Below, piece after piece: positions 38,622 through 50,000 of a DNA stretch of 64,000 nt (position 1 is its first letter; every line of letters starts with the position of its first letter). The position numbers and the translations under genes were made by a program. The notes under the pieces are model-generated. The model saw only the letters and a list, made by a program, of their open reading frames with translations. It had not been told where the DNA came from and did not search any database. The stretch is from Pseudovirgaria hyperparasitica. Lineage: Eukaryota. The stretch lies in NCBI GenBank assembly GCA_010093815.1, contig ML996585.1; one strand, given 5' to 3'.

Positions 38622-41228
38622 ATGCCTCCCTCTCAACTGAAAAGACTCAAGACTTCTCTGCATGAGAAGGGAATACTCGGTCCTCAAAAATCGAAAAAGC
38701 AGAAGAAAAACCAAAGCAAGAACGGTGAGAACGAGTTTGGGCGGGCAAAGCGCAATGCCGCCCTCGCGGAGATACGTGAGGTTTTCAATCCCTTCGACGT
38801 CAAGGCACTTGCAAGGCCTAAGAAGTTTGAAGCCACGACGCTGAATCGCTCGAAGACAAAAGGCAATGACGGCATCATTGGAAGACCGGGTGTCACGAAA
38901 GGCTTTGGCGAAGAGACTGTAAGTCAAGGCTATCAGGCTTCAGAACCAGCCTAATAGTATATTGTGTAGAGGCGAGCTACCCTTCTGCCAGAGCTTAATC
39001 GCCGGAATAAAGTTGGCGGCATAAATGATCGTCGCTTTGGCGAAAACGACCCTACAATGACACCAGAAGAGCGTGCTATGAAACGGTTCATACGTGAGAA
39101 ACAGAGAGGAAGAGGTGCTTCTATGTTTGACCTAGAGGAAGCGGAAGATGGTGAAGAATGTGGTCTCACTCACGGTGGCAAGGCACTGAACTTAGGTAAT
39201 GATATCAGCGATCAAGATGACTTCGATGCTCGAAGTCTCGATGGACCTAGCAGCTCAGAAGAAGATGGCACAAAGCCTCGCAAGAGGCGTCTATCCATTA
39301 TCGAAGATGGAGAATACGGAACGCAAGGCATGGGAGAGCAGCCAGAGCGGAAGAAATCAAAGGCTGAGGTCATGAAAGAGGTCATTGCAAAGTCTAAGCT
39401 ACATAAATACGAGCGTCAACAGGCCAAGGATGAAGACGAAGAGGAGCGCGAGAAACTTGATGAAGATTTACCAGTTCTGCTGTCGATTCTTAGAGGCCGG
39501 CAACCTCCAGCTAAGTCCACACAGTATCCCACCCAAGAGGGTGCTTCCATAGATCCTGGTAGAAAGGCACTCCTCGCTCAAGTGCAAATGGATGCCGAGA
39601 AGGACTTCGACAGGCGTGTGAGAGATCTAGCTAGGGATAAGAAAGCACAGCCCACCGAGCGAACGAAGACTGAAGAGGAGAAGGCTATTGCGGAGGCGTT
39701 GCGTCTCAAGGATATGGAACAGAGACGGTTGCGTAGGATGAGAGGCGAGATCGAATCCGACGACGAAGACGATAGATATAAAAAGGCCAAGGATAGGGGT
39801 GATACAGACGTTCGGGAAGAGGAGGGCCTCTTGGATGATGCGGAAGCGTTTGGTATCACCCGGAGAGAGCAGTTACAGCAAAGTCATGGCGTTGAAGATG
39901 AGGACGATTTCTTATTAGACGATGACCTAATAGCCACTGGGTCCGACCTCGAATCGGATCAAGTCTGGAGCGACGACAGCGACGTCTCCGAATCAGAGCA
40001 TTCGAGCCAGGAAGACGAGGACAATGATGACGAATTTATCCGAGGACTTCTCCCCAAACAGAGTACAGACGCAGATAGTACAGATCTGAAGCCAGGTCTA
40101 AATTCTGTAAACTCATCGAGTTCAAAATTAGCATATACTTATGCATGCCCGACCTCGCATGCAGAGCTTTTGGAGATTTTCAATGATGTCGCCATAAAAG
40201 ATGCACCAACGGTAGTGCAGAGGATTCGTTCTCTTTACCATCCCCAGCTGAGCGACCAGAATACCGCCAAACTTTCAGCGTTCTCCATGGCTTTGGTCGA
40301 CCACTTGTTTTACTTGGGCAATCAGAAGCCACCTGCGCCGCTCGCAGTCATTGACGCGCTGATAAGGCACTTGCATTCACTTTCAAGGCAATTCGCTGAA
40401 GACATTGGGCAGCAATTCCGAAGGAAGCTCAGTGACATGCAACGAGACGAGTTCCCTACCCCGGGAGATTTGATTCTTCTGACTGCTATTGGGACCATAT
40501 ACCCAACATCAGATCACTTCCACCAAATCGTCACCCCAGCCATTACTATAATCGCAAAATGGTTGAATTATAACACCCCTAGAACCGTGGAAGACCTCAA
40601 CTCGGGGGCTTATATGTGTACTCTGGTTCTGCAGTATCAAAGGCTTTCGAAAAGATACGTACCTGAACTTCTCAATTTTTGCATCAAGGCTTTGGAAAGT
40701 GATATGGTCGCTCGTGAGCATATCAATTGCTACACTAATATCCTAATCGAGGCAGCCGATTTATGGTCATCGAAATTGGCTTTGACCGACATCTTCTCTC
40801 CTACGGTCACTGCACTTCTCCAACGCCACAAGCAACAATCCGCTCTCCAACGCCTTCAACTATATCTCAATTACGCTCGCGTTGCTCGGCGGCCGTTGGA
40901 ACTACACCACCACCGGCCTATCCCAATCAAGTCCCAAATCCCTAGCTTCGAGGAATCGTTCAATCCGAATAAGCACTACGATCCTAACCGTGAGCGTGCT
41001 GAAGCCAGCAAGCTCAAGGCAGAGTATAAGAAGGAGCGCAAGGGTGCACTACGCGAGCTTCGTAAAGACGCAAACTTCATTGCTAGGACCAAGCTGCGGG
41101 AGAAGAAGGAGGCTGATGTTGCGTATGAGGCCAAGTACAAGAAGCTTATCGCTAGTATTCAAACCGAGGAAGGCGCAGAGGCGAATCAGTATGACAGGAT
41201 CAAACGAGCAAGGAAAAGTAATCGGTAA
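38622..41228 (+). CDS. NOP14: nucleolar protein Nop14 (SSU processome)
   Basis: MPPSQLKRLK..NPFD, KVGGINDRRFGENDPTMTPEE, KKSKAEVMKEVIAKSK, IYPTSDHFH, KERKGALRELRKD. Intron ~38919-38969. Confidence 0.95.
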
Positions 41229-41438
41229 ACTAGTGTGTTTCTCATACGACTACCAAGAGGTTGACTGGCTTTTGAGACGTCCCTATCTGTAAATAATTCA
41301 AGCCTATGGATGTTATTGAAATGACTCAGGCCAGTGTAGGAAGTAGCGTTTGAGTTAGATTGCCTATAACAGAGAGCCAAGATAATCGCGATGGTTAGTT
41401 AATCCATGTCTTTATTACTAAGAACCTTACTTCTAAAG

Positions 41439-41514
41439 TCTATTAAGATAGGTAAGTGATACCTTATAAGAAGATATTAGTATAGAAGGTATATTCCCTA
41501 CCTATCTTAATAGA
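41439..41514. repeat. inverted repeat (16-bp perfect arms), MITE-like RIP remnant
   Basis: tctattaagataggta (41439-41454) is the reverse complement of tacctatcttaataga (41499-41514). Confidence 0.7.
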
Positions 41515-42174
41515 TTTCGATATGGTTATAAGCTTACCCTACGCCAGGAGATCCTAGTAATCGCATGTCGCTACCTTAACTATAACGATAGACAATGGTT
41601 AAGAAGGTCCATCGACATTGAAGTGAAAGGCAAATGATAAGAACATGCTCGGCTCGAAACATCCAAGAAAAGGGTAGCCATATCGGCTCCCACTGATAAT
41701 CAATTCGATAATCCTCTACGAAGAGGATAATAGCGGAACCATCGAAACTTGCTCTTTCGCGAATATCTTATATGCTAGCTGGTCGAATATCGATACAGTC
41801 CTTGGCAATAAGACGCTTCAAAGAGCTGGAGAACGGCGTCAACCAGTGGGAATTTTTGTGATTGATGACCGAATTGATTGATCGACATTAAAATAAGAGG
41901 AAACAATGGCGTATACTGCGGAATCATGTCCGCACGATTTTTGGTTGACTTTAAAACCATATTTTAGAGCACTTCAAATACTCATTCCAAATATTCTATG
42001 GAGAGGTATGAACATTGGCCGATCTTTATAGGTCTTACACGTCCTGTTTGGCGAAGACTTCCAGGCTGACCCAGTCCGACAATAAGATAAAACGTGTATT
42101 TCATACATACCCTCCTTATGAATTGTCCCTTTAGAAGCAAGCAACAAGCGAAGAACATACTAATGGACTGATTT

Positions 42175-43395
42175 TTACTCCAGCTCAAAAGACTTGAAAA
42201 CATCAGTATAAAAACCGATTCTGCCCTCGAGATATAACCAAATTGCATGGGCTAAACTCTGGGTGTTCCAATGATCGAGCACTGTAGAGAGTTTAGAATC
42301 AAGCTGTCGCACGCGCTCCCATGTTTGGATAACTTCGATATATCTTTTCCGTTCAGCGAGTAATTCCCGATCTGACTCCGTCTCATTATAGAGGGGCCCG
42401 TCCATTACAGGTGGCACAATAGATAAATCTTTGATGAATTCGACCATCTCCCATGGAGCAACAATCGTATTCTCCCAATCAATTACACTTTGTATGCAGC
42501 ACATGGAATCCACAAGAATATTGCTTGTGTAGAGGTCTGTATGAATTATCGGAAAAGGCCCCTCCTGAAATGAATGGTGCTTTGCGAATTTGGCGAGTTG
42601 TGATGGAAAGTCTCGAATTGATATCAAAATCCGATCTACGAGATTGGAGGGTGTCCGTGCTCGAATTGTACTCTCACTGTAGGGAAACTTCGCACATTTC
42701 GCCCAAGCTTCGAAAAAGTCTGCGGCTGAGTCGAACGGTCCCCCAATTCTAGGGATTGGTCCGACTGAGTACTCTCCATTGGAAAGTTTGATAATACTTC
42801 CAATTTTTGGAAATCGTACTGACGCCAATTCGACCTATTCTTTGTTAGCCAACTGTCAAGGGAACGACCTGCTACACACCTGAATTTTAGCCATCCCAGT
42901 ATAAAATTTCCTCCTAAAAGGAGCAGGGATTTTGCCTCTGTGTACAGGCCATCCTCCAAATGAATCCATGGCGGTGTCCGCTGGAACGAATTCCATGATC
43001 ATGAAGGCAACACCTACAGCATTATCATCGCTCGCCTCGTACGTGAACAGTTCCGGAACAGGGATTCTAGATCGTTCTCGGATGACCTGAATTGTGTGGA
43101 CTTCATTTAACAACCGTTCTAGTGATTCAGGAGTGGCTTTCTGGAGCTGTAGACGTGCTACCCAAGTTGTTCCATCCTGAAAGTCGAGCCGCCGAACCAC
43201 GTGTAGTCCACCCATGTTGTATTCGGCAGAGACGTTGCAGGTTATTTCGCCGTCGTAATTAGACCTTTTACGCTTGAAGCTAATCGCGTATTCCTCCAGG
43301 GCCTTCCAATCGATGGGAGACGGTAAGCATTCCGAGTCAATGTTTGTTTTCCAGTTTAGTCGTGCTTCCCTTAAAACTACTTGTTGAGACGTCAT
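42175..43395 (-). CDS. APH-family phosphotransferase (kinase-like)
   Basis: MGGLHVVRRLDFQDGTTWVARL, IPVPELF, FMIMEFVP, FPIIHTDLYTSNILVD, VIDWE. Intron ~42835-42880. Confidence 0.85.
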
Positions 43396-43549
43396 GATAC
43401 AGCATTCTTTTGCGCGGTAAAAGGTTGCTTTATGTGAAAATTATTGTTGGTGTTGGTAATAACCAATATTCCTTTTCTCCTTTTCAAAGGGTCGAGCCAA
43501 AACCCAAGGTAACTAGGCCATGACGGTCACAAATCCACAATACAATACT

Positions 43550-43630
43550 TGTGCTCTGTGATCTGTGATCTGTGTTCTGTGATCTGTAATCTGTGTTCTA
43601 TGATCTGTGTTCTGTGTTCTATGTTCTATC
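43550..43630. repeat. 7-bp tandem repeat (tgtgatc/tgtgttc), ~11 copies
   Basis: Directly visible at the edge of the AT-rich block. Confidence 0.9.
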
Positions 43631-43846
43631 CGTTTGTCCATAGTTACATGAGAAAGCTTGGCAGTCGGTGCACGCTCATGTCGCGCGCACACGTTTTATT
43701 AGTATATATAATATTTTATAATATTATTAATAATTACTATATATATTTATAAAAATACTACTATATATTAGTTTTATACTATATTAGCTATATATTAGTA
43801 TTTTTTTAAGTATTTTATAATATCTATTATACCTTCTAAGTTAAGG

Positions 43847-44095
43847 AACTTCTTATATCCTAAGAGACTAAATAGATTAATCCGAGGTAATACAGCGATT
43901 TATATATATTAATTAATAGAGTATACCGAGTATAATAACCTCTAATATATATAAAGTATATAAAACGTAATATTACTAATATATAGAGATACTAAATATA
44001 TATACTTAAAAACTCTTTAAAGATATAAGTATAGACTACTACTACTAAATACTAATATACTAACTCCCTTTTTATTAGTTAAGAATAGCTATTAT
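43847..44095 (+). mobile_element. 5'-end fragment of Tad1-like LINE
   Basis: Near-identical to 46176-46202 plus 46788-47010, and similar to the 5' end of the full LINE at 55658. Confidence 0.75.
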
Positions 44096-44603
44096 AGAAA
44101 TATAATATATATATAAATATAAGAGTATTTATAGAATATAGTAAGTTTAATAAGAAAGAATACTAGAGTTTACTTAGCTTTCTTAAGATATAGAATAGAG
44201 TATACTATTAAAAAGAAACTTACTTAGCCTTATTAAGTAAGAAGAGAGTAGTAGTATAGATATAGTACGCTAGTATTAAGTATATCTAGAGTCTACTCTT
44301 AATATTATTCTCTTTCTCTATCTCTTTATTATTAGAGTCTATTCTAGTAATAGACTACTTATAAGTAAGTATTATCTAGCTTATTAATACTAGCCTTCTA
44401 GGAAACTATTTTTTTAAAGCTACTCTCTTATACTTACTTATTATAGTAGTAATTACTATTAACTTATAGTAATAGTTATTATTATATATAATACTCTCTA
44501 ATATAGGCCTTAGCGACTAGACTTAATATCTACTATTAGATTATAGTATATATACCTTCTATTAAAAGAATCTACCTATTAAATCTATTATAGATTATTT
44601 ATA

Positions 44604-45537
44604 GGCCAGGTGGCGTAGTGGTAGTATGCTACGTTACTAGAAGCGTTTGTCATCCAACGTCGTGGGTTCGAATCCTATAACGGCCATCTTTTCACACACT
44701 AGTTTTCGCACGCTCTATTAAAAAGTGTGCGGGGCTAAGCGAGTACGTGACGTGAAGGTTACTATTACATGACTACTTAGTCCTAAGCGACCATTAGGTA
44801 ATGTGAAAATGACTATACCGTTATTATATAATAAGAATTACCTAATATAGCTACCTACTAAGCCACCTTAAGTGGTAGAGCGACGCCTAGAGCGGCTAGA
44901 CCTATAACTAGCTTAGCTCGAATCATAGAATTTTCACTATATACCGGGGCCTTATCTACTCTAATCCGGCTTAGCTTATGCTTACTCCGGCTCGGTAACC
45001 ATAAAATAGATAGTAATACCTAATTAAGTATCCCGCCTACCCATAGACGATTATATAGCCCCGAAGAATAATTTCCGAATTCGGCCTAGCTAGGGTTAGT
45101 ACTAAGGCATGGACCTATTAGATATACACCCCCTCTAGCATTAGTTATCTTAATTAATAACTACTACCCGGCGTAAAGCTATATTCCCATAGATAGGAAA
45201 AAAACACGGTAATATAGGAATAAAAGACTAGGCCTAGCCTAGCGACCTACCTAACCATAAGAAAGGTAATACCTACTATAGTTGGTTAGGGCGTTATTAA
45301 GAGCCGGTACTAATATAGTAATAAAAGCCTAATATAAGGATAAGAAGTAAGTTTATCACCTAATGGGATTCGAGGACTTAGACTAGGCTAGGTTAGGTTA
45401 GTAATAGGGTCTAGTTAGGGAGCCAATCATAGGAGGTTTTCTTATATACATAGTAGCTAATACTAGAGGAGGCCTGAGCCTGTGGAGCATATATATGGCT
45501 ATATATATAGTTCTTCCTAGTTAAACACTAATATTAT
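44604..45537 (+). mobile_element. tRNA-derived SINE (~934 bp) with LINE-like 3' tail and 18-bp TSD
   Basis: Head 44604-44686 has A box TGGCGTAGTGG, B box GGTTCGAATCC and cloverleaf-like stems. (TAT)n tail. TSD tattatagattatttata at 44586-44603 and 45538-45555. Confidence 0.85.
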
Positions 45538-46202
45538 TATTATAGATTATTTATAGAAGATAGTTTAATTTCTAGGTTAGTAGCTTCTTTTATATCTATA
45601 TTCTCTAGTACTAGATAAATAACTATTCTTCTATAAATAACTTCTAATATAATAGTATCTATTATTATATTAGTAGTAATAATTATTACTATAGAATAGT
45701 AGTAATCTCTATTATTACTATATATAGTACTTTCTATAAGCTAGACTACTTAGACTTAATATATATATTTATATAGTAAGTCTAGTAAAATTCCACTAGC
45801 TATACTATCTATATATCTACTTTAATTTAGCTCTATATCTTCTTAGACCTTAGCTCTATACCTTCTTAGACCTTAGATCTATTATTAAGTATAAAGAAGA
45901 AAGAGTTTAGTTCTTTAATTAAGAACTAATTTTATATTAATCTATCTATACTAGGTACTTCTTAGTTAATAGAGTATCTATTATTATATATACTAGAACC
46001 CTTTACTTATCTATTAAGAGTATATAAATAAGAGTTATTTATATATGTTAGAGTTATATATAAATAGATACTTATATATTATAGATATCTTATTTATAAT
46101 ATTCTATTTATAAAGGTCTATTTATAATTTTAAGGGGAAGTTTAATAAGGTATTTATATATATAAATAGAAAAAAAACTTCTTTATACCCTAAGAGACTA
46201 AA

Positions 46203-46782
46203 TGTAAGGAGGCGGGCTCCACGCACCAACCAACTACACCAAAAGGACCGAATCTTGAAGCTACTGCTTCAAGGGTAGAGCACACTACTTATATACGACT
46301 ACTGCACACATGTAGAATTAACTAGCAGGCCACGTGCCTAACAATATCTCCCCTTTTCGAAGGCGCGTGTCCTTACGCGTCGTGGGCATACTACCTTACG
46401 AAAGATAAACTAAACTAGCCGTAACGGGCCTAGTATAAATGATATACACACACAACCAATACTCGTAATGCCGCCTCTAGTACTAGACACGCTAACTTAC
46501 CGTAGTAACGTTACTACCATGTTATCCGTCACGTGTATAAAGTACACGTGACGTAGTAAGCTAAACGGAATCATGTAAAATTTAATAATAGTTAACTAGA
46601 CCGAGAGTTAAACCCGTGGCCCCATAGTAGCTTTAAGATTATATAAGGAGGCGGGCTCTATATACTAACCAACTATACCAAAAGGACCGAATCTTAAAGC
46701 TACTGCTTTAAGGGTGGAGTACACTACTTATATACGACTACTATATACATGTAGAATCAACTAGCAGGCCACGTGTCTAACA
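46203..46782 (-). mobile_element. TRIM (miniature non-autonomous LTR retrotransposon), 580 bp
   Basis: 141-bp LTRs at 46203-46343 and 46642-46782 (TG...CA, differing only by transitions). 5-bp TSD ctaaa. Polypurine tract aaaaggggagatat on the minus strand abutting 46343. Confidence 0.92.
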
Positions 46783-47058
46783 CTAAACTAGTTAACTTAG
46801 GGTAATATAATAATCTATATATATTAATTAATAGAGTATACTAAGTATAATAACCTCTAATATATATATATATATAGTATATAAGATATAATAATACTAA
46901 TATATAGAGATACTATATATATATACTTAAAAACTCTTTAAAGATATAAGTATAGACTACTACTACTACTAAATACTAATATACTAACTCTCTTTTTATT
47001 AGTTAAGGGTAGCCCTTAACTAATAACTATAGAGGCCTTAGATACTAATATACTCTAG

Positions 47059-50000
47059 TATAAGGATTATAGACGTAGGATAGTAGTCTAATAGATCATA
47101 GGAGGATTCGGGAATATATTTAAAAGGGTAGTCTACTCTCCTAATAAGGTTAATTCCTAAAGAGTAGGAATTAAGTATATGCGGCCTACTTATATAGTAG
47201 TCTCACTTATTCTAGCTAGATTACCCTAGGTCCACCTATTACGGACTATACTAGACTATAGTATTCTAGTTAAGTCTATCCTAGTATTAGCCCTAATAAT
47301 ATCCTTCTTCTTTTTATACTTTGCCCCGAAGTACTTAGCTATATATAAATCTATAATTCTATAAGCGTTATATTTATACGCATATCTAATTAAATCTATA
47401 TAACGTTATTAATAGTCTTTATATTAGTAAACTTAAGCTCTAGTTTACTTTTATTTATATACGCGCTTATCCCTTACTTTATAGCTACTACCTTAGAGGT
47501 AGCTCCGTGGGTTATATAACCACTATATTAACTAAGCTTATATTTAGTTCTCTTATTCTAAATTTTCTTCTCTAGTATATCTATCTTACTCTTAAGGTAA
47601 GTCATTAATTTATATACTATCTTCTTTAGTTTAGATCCGTTCGGGTCTAGAGTAGTCTATTTTTATTAGAGCTAGTCCTATATAATCTATTCGCGTTATT
47701 ACGGTTACTAATTTAGCTTCTTTAATCGTCTTTAAGACTAAACGAGTATTCTACTCTTAGATCTCTAGCTAACATATATATATAGATATCTAATACTAGT
47801 CCTATTTCTAAGCCTACCTCCTCCTCTTATAAGACTCGCTCTAAAGGGATTACCTCTACCTCGGCTATACCGGCTAAAAAATCTACTTATTATAGTAGTA
47901 TAAAGGCGCGCTCTAAGTTAGAGAAGAAGGTAGCTAAGGCTACTACTACTATTACTACTAACGTAGCTACTAGTTACTCTAATCTAGGTAATCCTAGTAC
48001 TAGTATTACGGAAGAGATAGCTATAAAGCCTACCTATATCTACTCGCGCCGTCTATCTACTCTATCTCCTTTAGAGGATAAAGAAGATCTCGTTATAGAT
48101 AATAATTAAGAGTTTACACCTTTACCGCCTCGCTCTAAATACCGTTCCTCTTTTCGGTCTAATATAGACTAACTTAGTTACTCTAGGTCCTTTTAGGACC
48201 TTAATATTTACTCTAAATCTAGCCCTAGTAATAATAAGGCCTAGGTCGCCGAAGATACTAAACGTAGTCGTGGTTTACGCCATAGAAAAACGGCGAACTA
48301 TAGTTTAATATACTTTAAGTATATTAAGACTTACGCTACTAGCTCTAAATATCTCTTCCGCTCTAACTCTAGTATTAGCTACTACTCTACTAACCGCGAC
48401 GGGCCTATATATCTAATCTTTAAGCTTCCTACCCGCTACCACCGCTATACTATCCTTAGTAAAGTTTATCTTTAGATAAGTCTATTAGACTATTTTAATC
48501 TAGGGTAATCTAAAGTTATCTATACTAATACGTTTTTAGATTTCTATTTGTGTATAAGATATATATAACGATCTTCGCGTCCGCGAGACTCTTAGCGGTT
48601 CTAGCGGTTATCTAGCTTCTATATATAGAGAGTTTAGAGAGTACTATAAGCTCTTCCTAGAGGTTATTAAAGTATAAGTTTAGAAACCGTTAATTATTAT
48701 TAACCTTAGCTTATAATTTTTAGTCGCTACGAGATTCCTAGCGCTTAGACTATCTATTCTAGGGAGTTGGTTTTAGCTACTAAGGCCGTAGAAGAGATTC
48801 GTACTATTCCTTTCTACCTACCTTATACTACTAATAGGTCTTATAAGAGATCTACTAGTTCTCCTTCTAAGTTACCTCGTAAGAGGATATATATTCTATT
48901 CTAGATTATTCTAGACCGCGTTAGCTAACTTTAGGTCTAGTCGCTCCGCTCTAGCGCTTAGTTATCGTCTTACTAGGCTCTAACTAAGCGCGTGGTTACT
49001 CTAGAGGATAAGGTCTCTAACCTCTATCGCTCTATTACTCGGTTAGTTCGTTCGCTACGCTCTAAGAGTAATAATAAGATAGAGGAGTAGCTCTATGGCT
49101 CTGTTTACTAGGGTTTCTATATAGTATATATTAGCTCTATCTACCTGGTTTCTATCCGTTTTAGTCCTTTTTAGACCGTTTAGATACCCGTCTACTAGTT
49201 TTCTAGTAATTTAATTCTTAACTTAATAATATTATATACGTTCTTATTTATTCTATAACTATTAAATTTTAGGTTCTAAATTCCTTTAAGTTACTTAAGT
49301 ATAGGTATCGTATATAAATTAGTTTATCTCTCTAAATTATATTAGAGCACCCGAACTAGTAGCCTAGTAGTTATCGGTTTAGGTACTCTAACCTTTTATA
49401 TTATATATCACGAGTTTAATTCCGTAGTAGGGTACCTTTTTAGTTTCTTAGTCCCATGTTCTTCTTATATATAATAGTCTATATTAGTCTATTCTAGACT
49501 TCTCTATATTATTCTATTATAATATATCGCGTCGCGTATCTATAACGGTTATTTACGTTTTCTTCGCGTTTAGTAACTATATATCACTTAAATTATAGGG
49601 CTACCTTATAGAGTTTTCCTAGTATACGTTTAGGATTCGTAATTCGATACTTCGTTCTCTATAGTATCCTTCTTCTTTTTACGACGGCCCTAATAGCGCT
49701 AGGTTTATAGTAGTAACGTGTTATTCTATAACCTCTATTTATATATAGCTATCGCGGTACTTAAGATATATACTATAGGTTTCTAGGTGTTCTTATCCTC
49801 GGTGTAGTTCTTCTAACGGATTTAATACTTTTAGATACTATTTTCGTTAAGTCTATATTCGATAATATAGTCTACTTTATATACGTCTAGTCTATCTTAG
49901 GGTATAATAGAGTATAATTATACGTTCATGCGTTTATATATATTAGGTTGAAACCTTTTAAGTAATAAGATGTGGAATATATTATAGACTTTTATATTGT

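Noticed and set aside
43549..43752. Cys-rich 67-aa ORF
   Set aside because: Translation of the 7-bp tandem repeat running into RIPed DNA.
44604..44686. Functional tRNA gene
   Set aside because: The acceptor stem is mismatched and the anticodon loop is aberrant. It sits at the exact 5' end of a TSD-flanked unit with a LINE-like tail, so it is read as a SINE head.
45817..45880. CRISPR-like array (23-bp direct repeats)
   Set aside because: Adjacent tandem copies without spacers in a eukaryotic RIPed region; no cas genes.
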